64,000 bases of DNA from an uncultured cyanobacterium (lineage in GTDB: Bacteria > Cyanobacteriota > Cyanobacteriia > Pseudanabaenales > Pseudanabaenaceae), in contig CAVVRZ010000018.1 of NCBI GenBank assembly GCA_963750795.1, positions 40,245 to 104,244 on the forward strand. Direction: 5' to 3'. Position numbers and translations under genes: made by a program. The notes beneath the pieces are model-generated. The model saw only the letters and a list, made by a program, of their open reading frames with translations. It was not told where the DNA came from and made no database searches. Positions within the stretch are counted from its first letter, which is position 1, and each line of letters opens with the position of its first letter. Below, one piece after another: positions 55,649 to 64,000 of the stretch.

Positions 55649-56786
55649 CTAAGAGAACTCCTGCGGTGACTAGGCGAGTTAGTAAAGGAATAACATCAGC
55701 CTCTAAATCTAGTTCTGGTGACCAATCCGCTAGATCGAGAATACTAAAACTATCCTGCTGAAATAATTTCTCAACCACCTCAACGGCTAATCCTTTGACC
55801 GATATCTGTTTCGAGCCAACGGTAATTTGACAATCGTTTTGATCAAATACAGCGATTTCCATTCTTTGATGGGGTGGCACAACAAATTCTGTCTCTAAAC
55901 CACCATCAAAGATATTAAATCCTAACTGCGTCGGCAAGGAGAAGGGGGCGATCGCTTGATTTTGTAATTGTAAATCGTGGATATATCGCGAAATTAAATC
56001 TGGTTGTTGCAAATAGGTAATTAGATCCTGTCGCATCACCTCTAAATGCTGTTCTAGATCCTGCGTATTTTCATGGCAAGCTAGAGGCAAATTTTGTCGC
56101 CATGCTGATTGCTCTTGCAGGTCGAGATTTAGCCAGTTGAGCCAGTCCAAACCAGTACAGCAGTCAATGCCAATCGTCAGATGTAAAGAGGGGCGATCGC
56201 AGGAAATTGCATAATGCCAATGTCCACGGGGAATATACAGCACATCCCCTTGCTGCAAAGTACATTGCAAATAGGGCGGCAGGTCGGGGGGCTGATGGGC
56301 AGTTAATCGCATCTCAGAAGTGGGAAACTGCACAGTTTCAGGAAAAACAAACCATTCTTTTTTGCCTTCAATTTGCAAAATTAAGACATCATGGGTATCG
56401 AAATGACAACTAAATCCACGCTGCATTGCAGGTGAACAGTAGAGATTTGTCTGCACTGGATGCCCAATTTCATTGCTTAGGGATCTGGCTAAATCTACGA
56501 TCGCAGGGACAGTCTCATCAACGCCATTTACCACTAGGGTCGCGCCCTGTTGCAAGTAAGTCCGCCAATGTTGGCGACCCAGATCCACTAAGGATTGTCC
56601 ATCAAGGGAAAAATTAATCTGAGGAGCCTGTAACTTATGGAAGTTAAGTAAGTAATTAAGATCTTGCCAAGAGAAAAGCTGAGCAAATTTATTCTTTTCC
56701 AGAGCAGGGATATACACAGCCTGCTTTGTCCAGTTATCCATCAGAAACTGCTCAGCGGAATAGGGCGACAGAAGACTCTTGAGCAT
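55641..56786 (-). CDS. JmjC/cupin-4 domain protein (putative 2OG-Fe(II) oxygenase)
   Basis: FSCHFDTHDVLILQIEGKKEW...GDVLYIPRGHWHYA carries the HxD...H facial triad. ATG at 56786 is preferred over the TTG at 56828, which lies inside a hairpin. Confidence 0.7.
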   Translation of the reverse strand: MLKSLLSPYSAEQFLMDNWTKQAVYIPALEKNKFAQLFSWQDLNYLLNFHKLQAPQINFSLDGQSLVDLGRQHWRTYLQQGATLVVNGVDETVPAIVDLARSLSNEIGHPVQTNLYCSPAMQRGFSCHFDTHDVLILQIEGKKEWFVFPETVQFPTSEMRLTAHQPPDLPPYLQCTLQQGDVLYIPRGHWHYAISCDRPSLHLTIGIDCCTGLDWLNWLNLDLQEQSAWRQNLPLACHENTQDLEQHLEVMRQDLITYLQQPDLISRYIHDLQLQNQAIAPFSLPTQLGFNIFDGGLETEFVVPPHQRMEIAVFDQNDCQITVGSKQISVKGLAVEVVEKLFQQDSFSILDLADWSPELDLEADVIPLLTRLVTAGVLLVK

Positions 56787-56899
56787 ATCGGGGAATAAAT
56801 GGAAGCTTGAATAATTATTGGTGAGCAAGGAAATGCTGTACGCAGTGCAGCATTTCCTTGCTTTCAGAAGGCTAGAGTGCCTACAAAGTTACAGGATGA

Positions 56900-57274
56900 T
56901 TACAAACCAAGTCGTATATTAATGGAAGGTCGAGGCTGCACAGGAATTACCCGCACAGGTCTAACCACCTGAACTGGTTGTCTAATCACTCTAACGGGCT
57001 GACGATAGATCACAGTCCCAGAGTTACGAGAATTACGATTGTCGTAGTCCTTTGAGCGATCATTACCACGCTTATTGTCTTTATTACTGCGATCGCGATT
57101 GGCGATCAGAGTTGGTTGTGAGTCTTGATTTAACTCAGTAATTTCTACTTCTACACCAGAACGTTGACTGAGTTGCAGATTAGCAGGCTCGTTAACGGCA
57201 GCAATAGAAGCGAGGGGAAGCAGTAGGGAAGCCTTAAACCCTAAAAGTACTCCTAGTAGTAATTTGGGGTTCAT
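56900..57274 (-). CDS. secreted hypothetical protein with basic VRxxxQPV repeats
   Basis: Signal peptide, then RQPVRVIRQPVQVVRPVRVIPVQPRP. Confidence 0.45.
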   Translation of the reverse strand: MNPKLLLGVLLGFKASLLLPLASIAAVNEPANLQLSQRSGVEVEITELNQDSQPTLIANRDRSNKDNKRGNDRSKDYDNRNSRNSGTVIYRQPVRVIRQPVQVVRPVRVIPVQPRPSINIRLGL

Positions 57275-57458
57275 ATCCTATCTCCAATGATTTAAACTGA
57301 GTCGAACTTGTTGAACAAAAGTTAACAAAATTCGACATGACCCAGTTAGACCCAATCGATGGATTAATTGTTCCCAATTGAAATGAAGTTAAAAATGACA
57401 AGGTTTTAGCTCTAGGATCATCAAGGCTAAGATTTACCAGTTTTAGCGTCTTCTTTAG

Positions 57459-58292
57459 CTAGGCAACGCCATTTTTCTTAAACCAAGCCAATAGCTTCTG
57501 CCAACCATCTTCAGCGTCAGCTTGACGATAGGAAGGACGATAATCAGCATGGAAAGCATGGGGGGCATCAGGATAGACAACGATTTCCGAAGATTCATTA
57601 CAGCCCTTTAACTTCTCACGCATCTGCTCCACCGTATCAAGGGGAATACCCGTATCTTTGCCACCATAAAGACCAAGGACAGGAACGCGCAACATCGGAG
57701 CCACATCAACGGGATGTTTGGGAGTTAGCTCGGTGGATGCGCCCACCAACCTGCCGTACCATGCCACCCCTGCCCTAATGCTGGGATTGTGGGCAGCATA
57801 TAGCCATGTTATTCTGCCACCCCAACAAAAACCTGTGATCCCGACTCTTTGAATATTGCCCTTACTAAACTTGCCAGCCCAAGCGATCGCCGCATCGAGA
57901 TCTGACATTACCTGAGCATCGGGTACTTTACCGACAACCTGACGGATCTGATCAATATCGGTGAGTTTAGAAACATCTCCCTGCCGATAAAACATTTCTG
58001 GGGCGATCGCCAAGTAACCTAACTTCGCAAATCGACGACAGACATCTTGAATATAAGCATGAACACCAAAGATTTCTTGGATTACTAATACCACGGGGAA
58101 ATCTTTACCCACAGCAGGCATGGCGCGATAGGCGGGAATAGTGCTACTACCAACAGGGATTTTCACTTCCCCAGCAATTAGCCCTTTGCTGTCGGTAGTG
58201 ATGGCTTTTGCCGAAACAGGCTGTACGGCGATCGCAAAACCAGCCGTTAAAGCACTGACGGTAATAAATTCACGTCTTGTAAGTTTTGACAT
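57459..58292 (-). CDS. dienelactone hydrolase family protein with Tat-type signal
   Basis: [14 protein letters not shown]. Nucleophile motif GFCWGG and C-terminal HAFHAD. Confidence 0.85.
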   Translation of the reverse strand: MSKLTRREFITVSALTAGFAIAVQPVSAKAITTDSKGLIAGEVKIPVGSSTIPAYRAMPAVGKDFPVVLVIQEIFGVHAYIQDVCRRFAKLGYLAIAPEMFYRQGDVSKLTDIDQIRQVVGKVPDAQVMSDLDAAIAWAGKFSKGNIQRVGITGFCWGGRITWLYAAHNPSIRAGVAWYGRLVGASTELTPKHPVDVAPMLRVPVLGLYGGKDTGIPLDTVEQMREKLKGCNESSEIVVYPDAPHAFHADYRPSYRQADAEDGWQKLLAWFKKNGVA

Positions 58293-58355
58293 TATGATAA
58301 TCCTGCGATTTTTGATGAATCCTTTCTATAGATGCTGCCATGCTTATTAGGACAT

Positions 58356-58409
58356 AAAACCAGAATACGAGTGGCGGCGCAAAGCGCCGCCACTCGCTTC
58401 TTGGGTTTT
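58356..58409. repeat. AAAACC...GGTTTT GC-core palindrome element (inverted relative to 54714-54767)
   Basis: aaaaccagaatacgagtggcggcgc aaa gcgccgccactcgcttcttgggtttt. Confidence 0.7.
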
Positions 58410-58476
58410 GATTTGCCCCAAAACAAATGGCGATAGCTATATTTTGCCTTTACAAAGCTTAATCTGGACATCCCCC

Positions 58477-58521
58477 AAACAAACCAAAAAGCAACGCTAA
58501 GCGTTGCTTTTTGGTTTGTTT
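58477..58521. terminator. hairpin terminator downstream of gpmI
   Basis: aaacaaaccaaaaagcaacgc taa gcgttgctttttggtttgttt. Confidence 0.7.
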
Positions 58522-58539
58522 AATTAATTTCAAGACCAA

Positions 58540-60144
58540 CTATTTGCCAATCTTGACAGGAGTTTTGAGGGCTTGAACTTCATAAACTGCTGGTTCTAGG
58601 AGCGATACCCCTGTCATTTCCTCAGGTTGAGGAATCTGTAAAATCTCTAAGATAGTGGGGGCAATATCTGCCAACCGACCACCCGTAGGCTTGAGTTTGA
58701 CATCGGCTCCATGACCATAGATTTTGCACTTTTCACCCTCTACGAGAATAAATGGCACAGGGTTATTAGAGTGGGCAGTCCAAGGATTGCCATTTTCATC
58801 CCACATATATTCGGCATTGCCATGATCGGCGGTGATTAGGGCTGTCCCACCTGCATTGGCAATGCTAGACAGTAGCTTTCCTAAACATCGATCTACATGT
58901 TCAAGGGCAATAACCGTGGCTTCAAAATTACCCGTATGCCCAACCATGTCAGGATTGGCATAGTTAATTACGATTAAAGAATAAATACCTTTAGCGATCG
59001 CTTCACTGGCGATGCGGGTGACTTCTGCTGCCGACATAGCTGGCTCTTGATCATAGGTGGAGACGCGAGGGCTATTTACCAAAACGCGATCGTCACCTTT
59101 GCTAGCTTCTTCCATACCACCGTCAAAGAAATAGGTCACATGGGCATATTTCTCAGTTTCGGCAAGGCGTAGTTGCTTAAGTCCCTGCTCAGATACCACC
59201 TGACCCAACAGATGCGTCAAATTTTGCGGTGTAAAGGCGACAGGCACAGGCAGGGAGCTGTCGTACTGGGTAAACGTAGCATAGGCAAGATTTTTGATGC
59301 GATCGCGCTCAAACCCAGTGAAATTATCCGCAACCAGAGCTTGAGTGATCTCGCGGGAGCGATCAGGACGGAAGTTAAAGCAGATTACGCCATCACCTTC
59401 AGCGATCGAGCCTTGGGCAATCCTTGTGGGCGGCAAAAACTCATCGGTAACTTTCTCTTTGTAAGCGGCTTCCAACACATCTACTGCCGATTTGAGATCG
59501 GTAGTAATCTGGTCATTAGTCATAATCTCATAGGCTTTCTGGACGCGATCCCAGCGCTTATCTCGATCCATAGCGAAGTAGCGACCACTGATGGTCACAA
59601 TGCGCCCGACTCCAATTTGGTTGGCGTAGGTTTGTAAGGTCTTGACAAATTTTATGCCTGAGTTGGGCAGAGTATCGCGACCATCGGTAATCACATGGAT
59701 ACAGACATCCTGTACCCCTTGATACTTGGCAAGATCAAGTAATCCTAATAGGTGATCGACGTGGGAATGAACGCCGCCATCGGAGCAGAGTCCTAATAAA
59801 TGCAGTTTACTGTTATTGGCTTTTACCTTCTCACAAACTGTAACTAGAGCTTCATTGGACAATAATGAGCCGTCATCTACAGCATCGGAAATTCTAACTA
59901 ATTCTTGAGGGACAACGCGACCCGCGCCAATATTCAGATGACCAACCTCTGAGTTGCCCATCTGTCCTTTAGGTAAGCCCACATCTTTGCCAGATGCTTG
60001 GAGGAGAGTTTTTGGGTAAGTACTCCACAAACTATCCATAACGGGAGTGTTTGCTGCGGCGATCGCATTACCCTCGGTTTCTTCTCTATGCCCCCAGCCG
60101 TCTAGAATGATCAGCACCAGTGGAGAAACAGACCCCGTTTGCAT
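58540..60144 (-). CDS. gpmI: 2,3-bisphosphoglycerate-independent phosphoglycerate mutase
   Basis: LIILDGWG, GNSEVGHLNIGAGR, ANPDMVGHTG and ADHGNAE. Confidence 0.95.
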   Translation of the reverse strand: MQTGSVSPLVLIILDGWGHREETEGNAIAAANTPVMDSLWSTYPKTLLQASGKDVGLPKGQMGNSEVGHLNIGAGRVVPQELVRISDAVDDGSLLSNEALVTVCEKVKANNSKLHLLGLCSDGGVHSHVDHLLGLLDLAKYQGVQDVCIHVITDGRDTLPNSGIKFVKTLQTYANQIGVGRIVTISGRYFAMDRDKRWDRVQKAYEIMTNDQITTDLKSAVDVLEAAYKEKVTDEFLPPTRIAQGSIAEGDGVICFNFRPDRSREITQALVADNFTGFERDRIKNLAYATFTQYDSSLPVPVAFTPQNLTHLLGQVVSEQGLKQLRLAETEKYAHVTYFFDGGMEEASKGDDRVLVNSPRVSTYDQEPAMSAAEVTRIASEAIAKGIYSLIVINYANPDMVGHTGNFEATVIALEHVDRCLGKLLSSIANAGGTALITADHGNAEYMWDENGNPWTAHSNNPVPFILVEGEKCKIYGHGADVKLKPTGGRLADIAPTILEILQIPQPEEMTGVSLLEPAVYEVQALKTPVKIGK

Positions 60145-60633
60145 AAAAGACAGTTCCTTGTTAAGTACATATTCACTCGCTTTCAGTAGTCATGCTGTTT
60201 TGAGCATTTATACTGCTAGGGCAAATTACTGATTATCTTAACAATACTTGGCAATTCGCGCGATCGCAATGTATCGCAGAAAACTTTTAAGATTTGGGGT
60301 TACGGTTCCATCACAACTAAAGTCCCCAATTGATCCCCGACGATTACTCAATCAATCTCCGATTAAGAACCCAAAACGTTTTTAGCTTTAGATGCCAGAG
60401 CCGTAAATGTCAATACATCGCGATTCGTAAATTCTCAAAAATTATTCCTATCGAATGTATGATAAGTAAGCTGTGATACATTCACAAAACATTCCAGCCC
60501 ACGACGATAATGTCTTTCCCTAGGATCGATTTCCAGCAGTGGCAGCGTTCTTGGGACTATTGAGAAAAGTTTAGTTTTCTTAGGTTCCTCAAGTTTTTCA
60601 AATTTTTGTATTTCTCTTAAATCCCCTCCCCGA

Positions 60634-62505
60634 ATGGCGCTAATAGTTCAAAAGTATGGTGGCTCCTCCGTAGCCGATGCCGATCGCATTAAAGCAGTAC
60701 GAGATCGCATCAAACGGACTGTTGACAATGGCAATCAGGTTGTGGTCGTAGTCTCGGCGATGGGCAAAACCACAGATGGTTTAGTTGCCCTTGCCAACTC
60801 CGTAGCGGCAACCCATGAGCAGACCCTCACCGAGATCGCAGCGACCGAACGAGAGATGGATCTGCTTTTGGCAACGGGTGAACAGGTAACCATTGCCCTG
60901 CTGAGCATGGCGTTGCAAGCGGCGGGACAACCTGCGATCGCCATGACGGGTTCGCAAGTAAGGGTCGTGACCGAGCCGAATTATGGACGCGCCCGCATTT
61001 TATATGTGGAGTCGGAGCCAATCAAAGCCGCCCTCTCCCTCGGCAAGGTCGTCGTCGTGGCAGGCTTCCAAGGAGTCGCCATTAATGAACATACTGATCT
61101 GCCTAGCACCGAAATTACGACCCTAGGGCGTGGTGGTTCCGACACTTCGGCAGTAGCGATCGCGGCAGCAATCAATGCCGATATTTGTGAAATCTATACC
61201 GATGTCCCCGGTATTTTAACTACCGATCCCCGCATTGTCCCTAAGGCACAGATGCTCAGCGAGATCACCTGTGATGAAATGCTCGAACTAGCTAGCCTCG
61301 GAGCCAAGGTACTACACCCGCGATCCGTGGAGATTGCCCGTAATTTTGGCGTACAAATGTGCGTGCGATCGAGTTGGCTCGATGACGCAGGAACAGTAAT
61401 TACCTCCCCCAAATCCGTGACAGGTAATCTCGCCACCCTCGAAGTAAATCGTTTTGTAGAGGCGGTGACTATTGATACCGATCAAGTGAAGATCGCCCTT
61501 TTGCAAGTACCCGATCGCCCAGGGATCGCCTCACAGCTATTTACTTCTCTAGCTGACCAAGGCATTAACGTTGATCTAATCATTCAAGCGGTACAGGAGC
61601 ATGAAGGGGTTAATGATATTGCCTTCACGATCCCCAAGGAACAGTTAGAGATAGCTGAAGTCGTGACGCGAGGTCTCGAAATTGGCGCAAGCCTTGTCAC
61701 CGTCGATGCCGCAGTTGCTAAAATCAGCATCATCGGCGTTGGCATGATCGGCAGACCTGGAGTTGCTGCCAAAATGTTTACGGTACTGGCAGAGGCAGGG
61801 ATCAATATTCAGATGATCTCCACCTCCGAGATTAAAATTAGCTGTGTAATTGCTGCCAAAGATGGTCTAGCGGCAATCGCTGCTCTTCGTGAAGCTTTTG
61901 ATGTCCCCGAATCCCCTGAAATTATTACTAATCAGTACAGTGATCCTGCAAACTTGCCAGAATCTAGCTTCAAGACCATATCAACCATGAACCAGTCACC
62001 AGTGCGTGGCGTGGCTCTAGATCGCAATCGCGCCCGTATCGCTGTGCAGCAAGTACCCGATCGCCCCGGCATGGCAGCCAAAATTTTGGAACAGCTAGTT
62101 GAGCAAAATATCAGCCTTGATATGATTGTGCAGTCCCAGTCTGAGGGAGAAGTCAATGAAATCGCTTTTACTGTGGCAAGCACTGATCTGACCAAAGCCG
62201 AAGCTGCCCTCAAGGAATATGCCAAGGTATTGGGCTATGGGGAGGTATCCTGTGATGCCAACATTAGTAAGGTGAGTATTGTCGGTTCTAATATGATCCA
62301 TCAGTCAGGGATCGCCGCTCGGATGTTTCGCGCCCTCGCTGATGCCAATATCAATATTGAAATGATTGCTACTTCTGAGATTAAAGTCAGTTGTTTAGTG
62401 CATCAAGATCATGCCGAACAAGCCTTGAAGATCATTCATCAAGAATTTGATCTATCTGGCGATCGCGCGATCGAAGTCGCTAGTGCTGCTAAAACCACCA
62501 TCTAG
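60634..62505 (+). CDS. lysC: aspartate kinase with duplicated ACT-domain pairs (cyanobacterial long form)
   Basis: VQKYGGSSV, VVVVSAMGKTTD, TLGRGGSD and YTDVPGILTTDPR. Two VPDRPG(I/M)A ACT units. Confidence 0.95.
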   Translation: MALIVQKYGGSSVADADRIKAVRDRIKRTVDNGNQVVVVVSAMGKTTDGLVALANSVAATHEQTLTEIAATEREMDLLLATGEQVTIALLSMALQAAGQPAIAMTGSQVRVVTEPNYGRARILYVESEPIKAALSLGKVVVVAGFQGVAINEHTDLPSTEITTLGRGGSDTSAVAIAAAINADICEIYTDVPGILTTDPRIVPKAQMLSEITCDEMLELASLGAKVLHPRSVEIARNFGVQMCVRSSWLDDAGTVITSPKSVTGNLATLEVNRFVEAVTIDTDQVKIALLQVPDRPGIASQLFTSLADQGINVDLIIQAVQEHEGVNDIAFTIPKEQLEIAEVVTRGLEIGASLVTVDAAVAKISIIGVGMIGRPGVAAKMFTVLAEAGINIQMISTSEIKISCVIAAKDGLAAIAALREAFDVPESPEIITNQYSDPANLPESSFKTISTMNQSPVRGVALDRNRARIAVQQVPDRPGMAAKILEQLVEQNISLDMIVQSQSEGEVNEIAFTVASTDLTKAEAALKEYAKVLGYGEVSCDANISKVSIVGSNMIHQSGIAARMFRALADANINIEMIATSEIKVSCLVHQDHAEQALKIIHQEFDLSGDRAIEVASAAKTTI

Positions 62506-62584
62506 AGTCTAGGCTAGACAATGAGCCATCTTCTAAAATCTGGTAAACAAGCTTAAGATAAGTACACACACTGCGAGCATTACT

Positions 62585-63295
62585 ATGTCATCCGATAAGT
62601 TCAGCGATCGCCCTAACGATCCTCCAACCGATCCGCTTGGCGATCCTAAGCAAGATCCATCAGTAAAGCCAGAAAGTTCTTTTAAAAATGTTCTGGCGGA
62701 AAATCTTCCAACAGTTGCAGTAGCGATTTTACTTGCGATCGGTGTTCGCGTATTTATTGCGGAGCCACGCTTTATTCCTTCTAGCTCCATGGAGCCAACT
62801 CTACTCATTGATGATCGGTTGATTATTGATAAACTCTCAATCCGTTGGAGTAAGCCTCAAAGGGGAGAAATTATTGTCTTTAATCCACCTGCACATCCCG
62901 TTGTCACGGATCCTAGCAAGGTATACATCAAACGGGTAATTGGTTTACCAGGCGATCACGTTAGTATCCGTGAAGGTAAGGTTTTTATTAACAATGTGCC
63001 GCTTAATGAGCCGTACATCGCTTCACCAATGAACTACACTTTACCGACCACCGATGACACCCTATGTCGTGGTTGTTTTGCGCCCACAACTGTTGGCAAA
63101 GAAGACGGCAACCTATACTTCACTGTCCCTAAAGGTAGCTATTGGGTGATGGGGGACAATCGCAACAATAGTCTGGATTCCCACGCATGGGGATTTATGC
63201 CTGAAGAAAATTTAGTTGGACGTGCGACGTTCCGCTATTGGCCGCTCGATAATCGCGCGGGAGCGCTGAGAGTGCCTACGTATAATCAGCCATAG
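62585..63295 (+). CDS. lepB: signal peptidase I
   Basis: SSSMEPTL, KRVIGLPGD and GDNRNNSLDSH boxes. Confidence 0.85.
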   Translation: MSSDKFSDRPNDPPTDPLGDPKQDPSVKPESSFKNVLAENLPTVAVAILLAIGVRVFIAEPRFIPSSSMEPTLLIDDRLIIDKLSIRWSKPQRGEIIVFNPPAHPVVTDPSKVYIKRVIGLPGDHVSIREGKVFINNVPLNEPYIASPMNYTLPTTDDTLCRGCFAPTTVGKEDGNLYFTVPKGSYWVMGDNRNNSLDSHAWGFMPEENLVGRATFRYWPLDNRAGALRVPTYNQP

Positions 63296-63410
63296 CAAAT
63301 GTATCAGTCCTAATTTGTTACTCTAATCAGCTCTCCCACGATTTTAGAGCTGGACTTATGTCAAGTTTAAGTATCTAACCCCCTATTAATCCTTCATTAC
63401 CAGCCGTTTC

Positions 63411-63986
63411 ATGACCATAGAAAGCGTAGAAAGCAAAACTGATCCGCAGGGTTCTCATCCAACTTGGTGGCAAAAGTACGGCGAAACTATTCGTATTTTT
63501 GCCATTGCTTTGGCGATCGCCCTATTTCTACGCTTTTTTGTAGTGGAGCCACGCTTTATCCCATCGGGATCGATGGAGCCGACTTTACAGGTTGGCGATC
63601 GCATTTTGGTCGATAAAATTTCGCAGCAATGGCAAAGTTATCAACGGGGAGACATTTTGATTTTTTATCCCCCCGCATCCCCTGCGATTGGTGATACCAG
63701 CAAGGCTTATATCAAGAGACTAATTGGTGTAGAAGGCGATCAGATTATGGTTCAAAATGGCAAGGTCTATCGCAATGGCGTTCCTCTCGAAGAATCCTAT
63801 ATTGCAGAAGCACCACGATACAATATGCGTCCTGTCAACGTACCGAAGGGTTTCTATTGGATGATGGGTGACAATCGCAATCACAGTAACGATTCCCATG
63901 TGTGGGGTTTTTTGCCTAAGCAAAATGTGATTGGCAAAGCCGCACTGCGATTTTTTCCCTTAGATGATCGCCTTGGCAAGATCTAA
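63411..63986 (+). CDS. lepB: signal peptidase I (tandem paralog)
   Basis: SGSMEPTL, KRLIGVEGD and GDNRNHSNDSH boxes. Confidence 0.9.
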   Translation: MTIESVESKTDPQGSHPTWWQKYGETIRIFAIALAIALFLRFFVVEPRFIPSGSMEPTLQVGDRILVDKISQQWQSYQRGDILIFYPPASPAIGDTSKAYIKRLIGVEGDQIMVQNGKVYRNGVPLEESYIAEAPRYNMRPVNVPKGFYWMMGDNRNHSNDSHVWGFLPKQNVIGKAALRFFPLDDRLGKI

Positions 63987-64000
63987 ACAACCTCAGTCCG

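Overview
This is a cyanobacterial chromosomal window. The HIP1 octamer GCGATCGC occurs every few hundred bp, and psb30/ycf12, ndhD, an HHL1-like gene and a UPF0367 gene are present.

Layout:
- 0-2.8 kb: partial FGE-sulfatase gene, then small toxin/antitoxin-like genes (DUF6883/DUF4926, DUF2283 x2).
- 3-13 kb: formamidase, PhnD-like protein, TPM-domain membrane protein, PhnD-PAS histidine kinase, and a REC-wHTH-Hpt-REC-REC-GGDEF regulator.
- 13.6-18.3 kb: DUF4231/SLATT, DUF433/DUF5615, Uma2 x2 and DUF29 around ffh.
- 18.4-30.3 kb: housekeeping genes (isoaspartyl peptidase, nadA, M48 peptidase, ndhD, TPR protein, psb30).
- 30.4-45.7 kb: a phage-tail-like contractile injection system (CIS) locus. 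It encodes a sheath, three tube-family proteins, a chaperone-like protein, baseplate J-like and gpI-like proteins and a DUF4255 cap. Embedded in it are a LuxR-type response regulator, an output-less Cache-HAMP sensor, a membrane-anchored WD40 protein and a 487-aa fusion protein. The spike, gp25, LysM hub, tape measure and AAA+ ATPase genes are absent from the window. I consider this the most interesting system here.
- 46.4-51.1 kb: accessory islet with an AAC(3)-I-like GNAT, DUF1993, an HNH cassette flanked by direct repeats, an AT-rich HIP1-free DUF6119/TIGR04141-like gene, and higBA.
- 51.2-64 kb: hemA, SF2 helicase, nucleotidyltransferase, JmjC-cupin, dienelactone hydrolase, gpmI, aspartate kinase, and tandem lepB genes.

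Intergenic DNA is a mosaic of at least three MITE-like families plus a family of GC-core palindromes, many of which sit where terminators are expected. I found no rRNA, tRNA or CRISPR array.

All family names come from reading motifs by eye and need HMM or BLAST confirmation.
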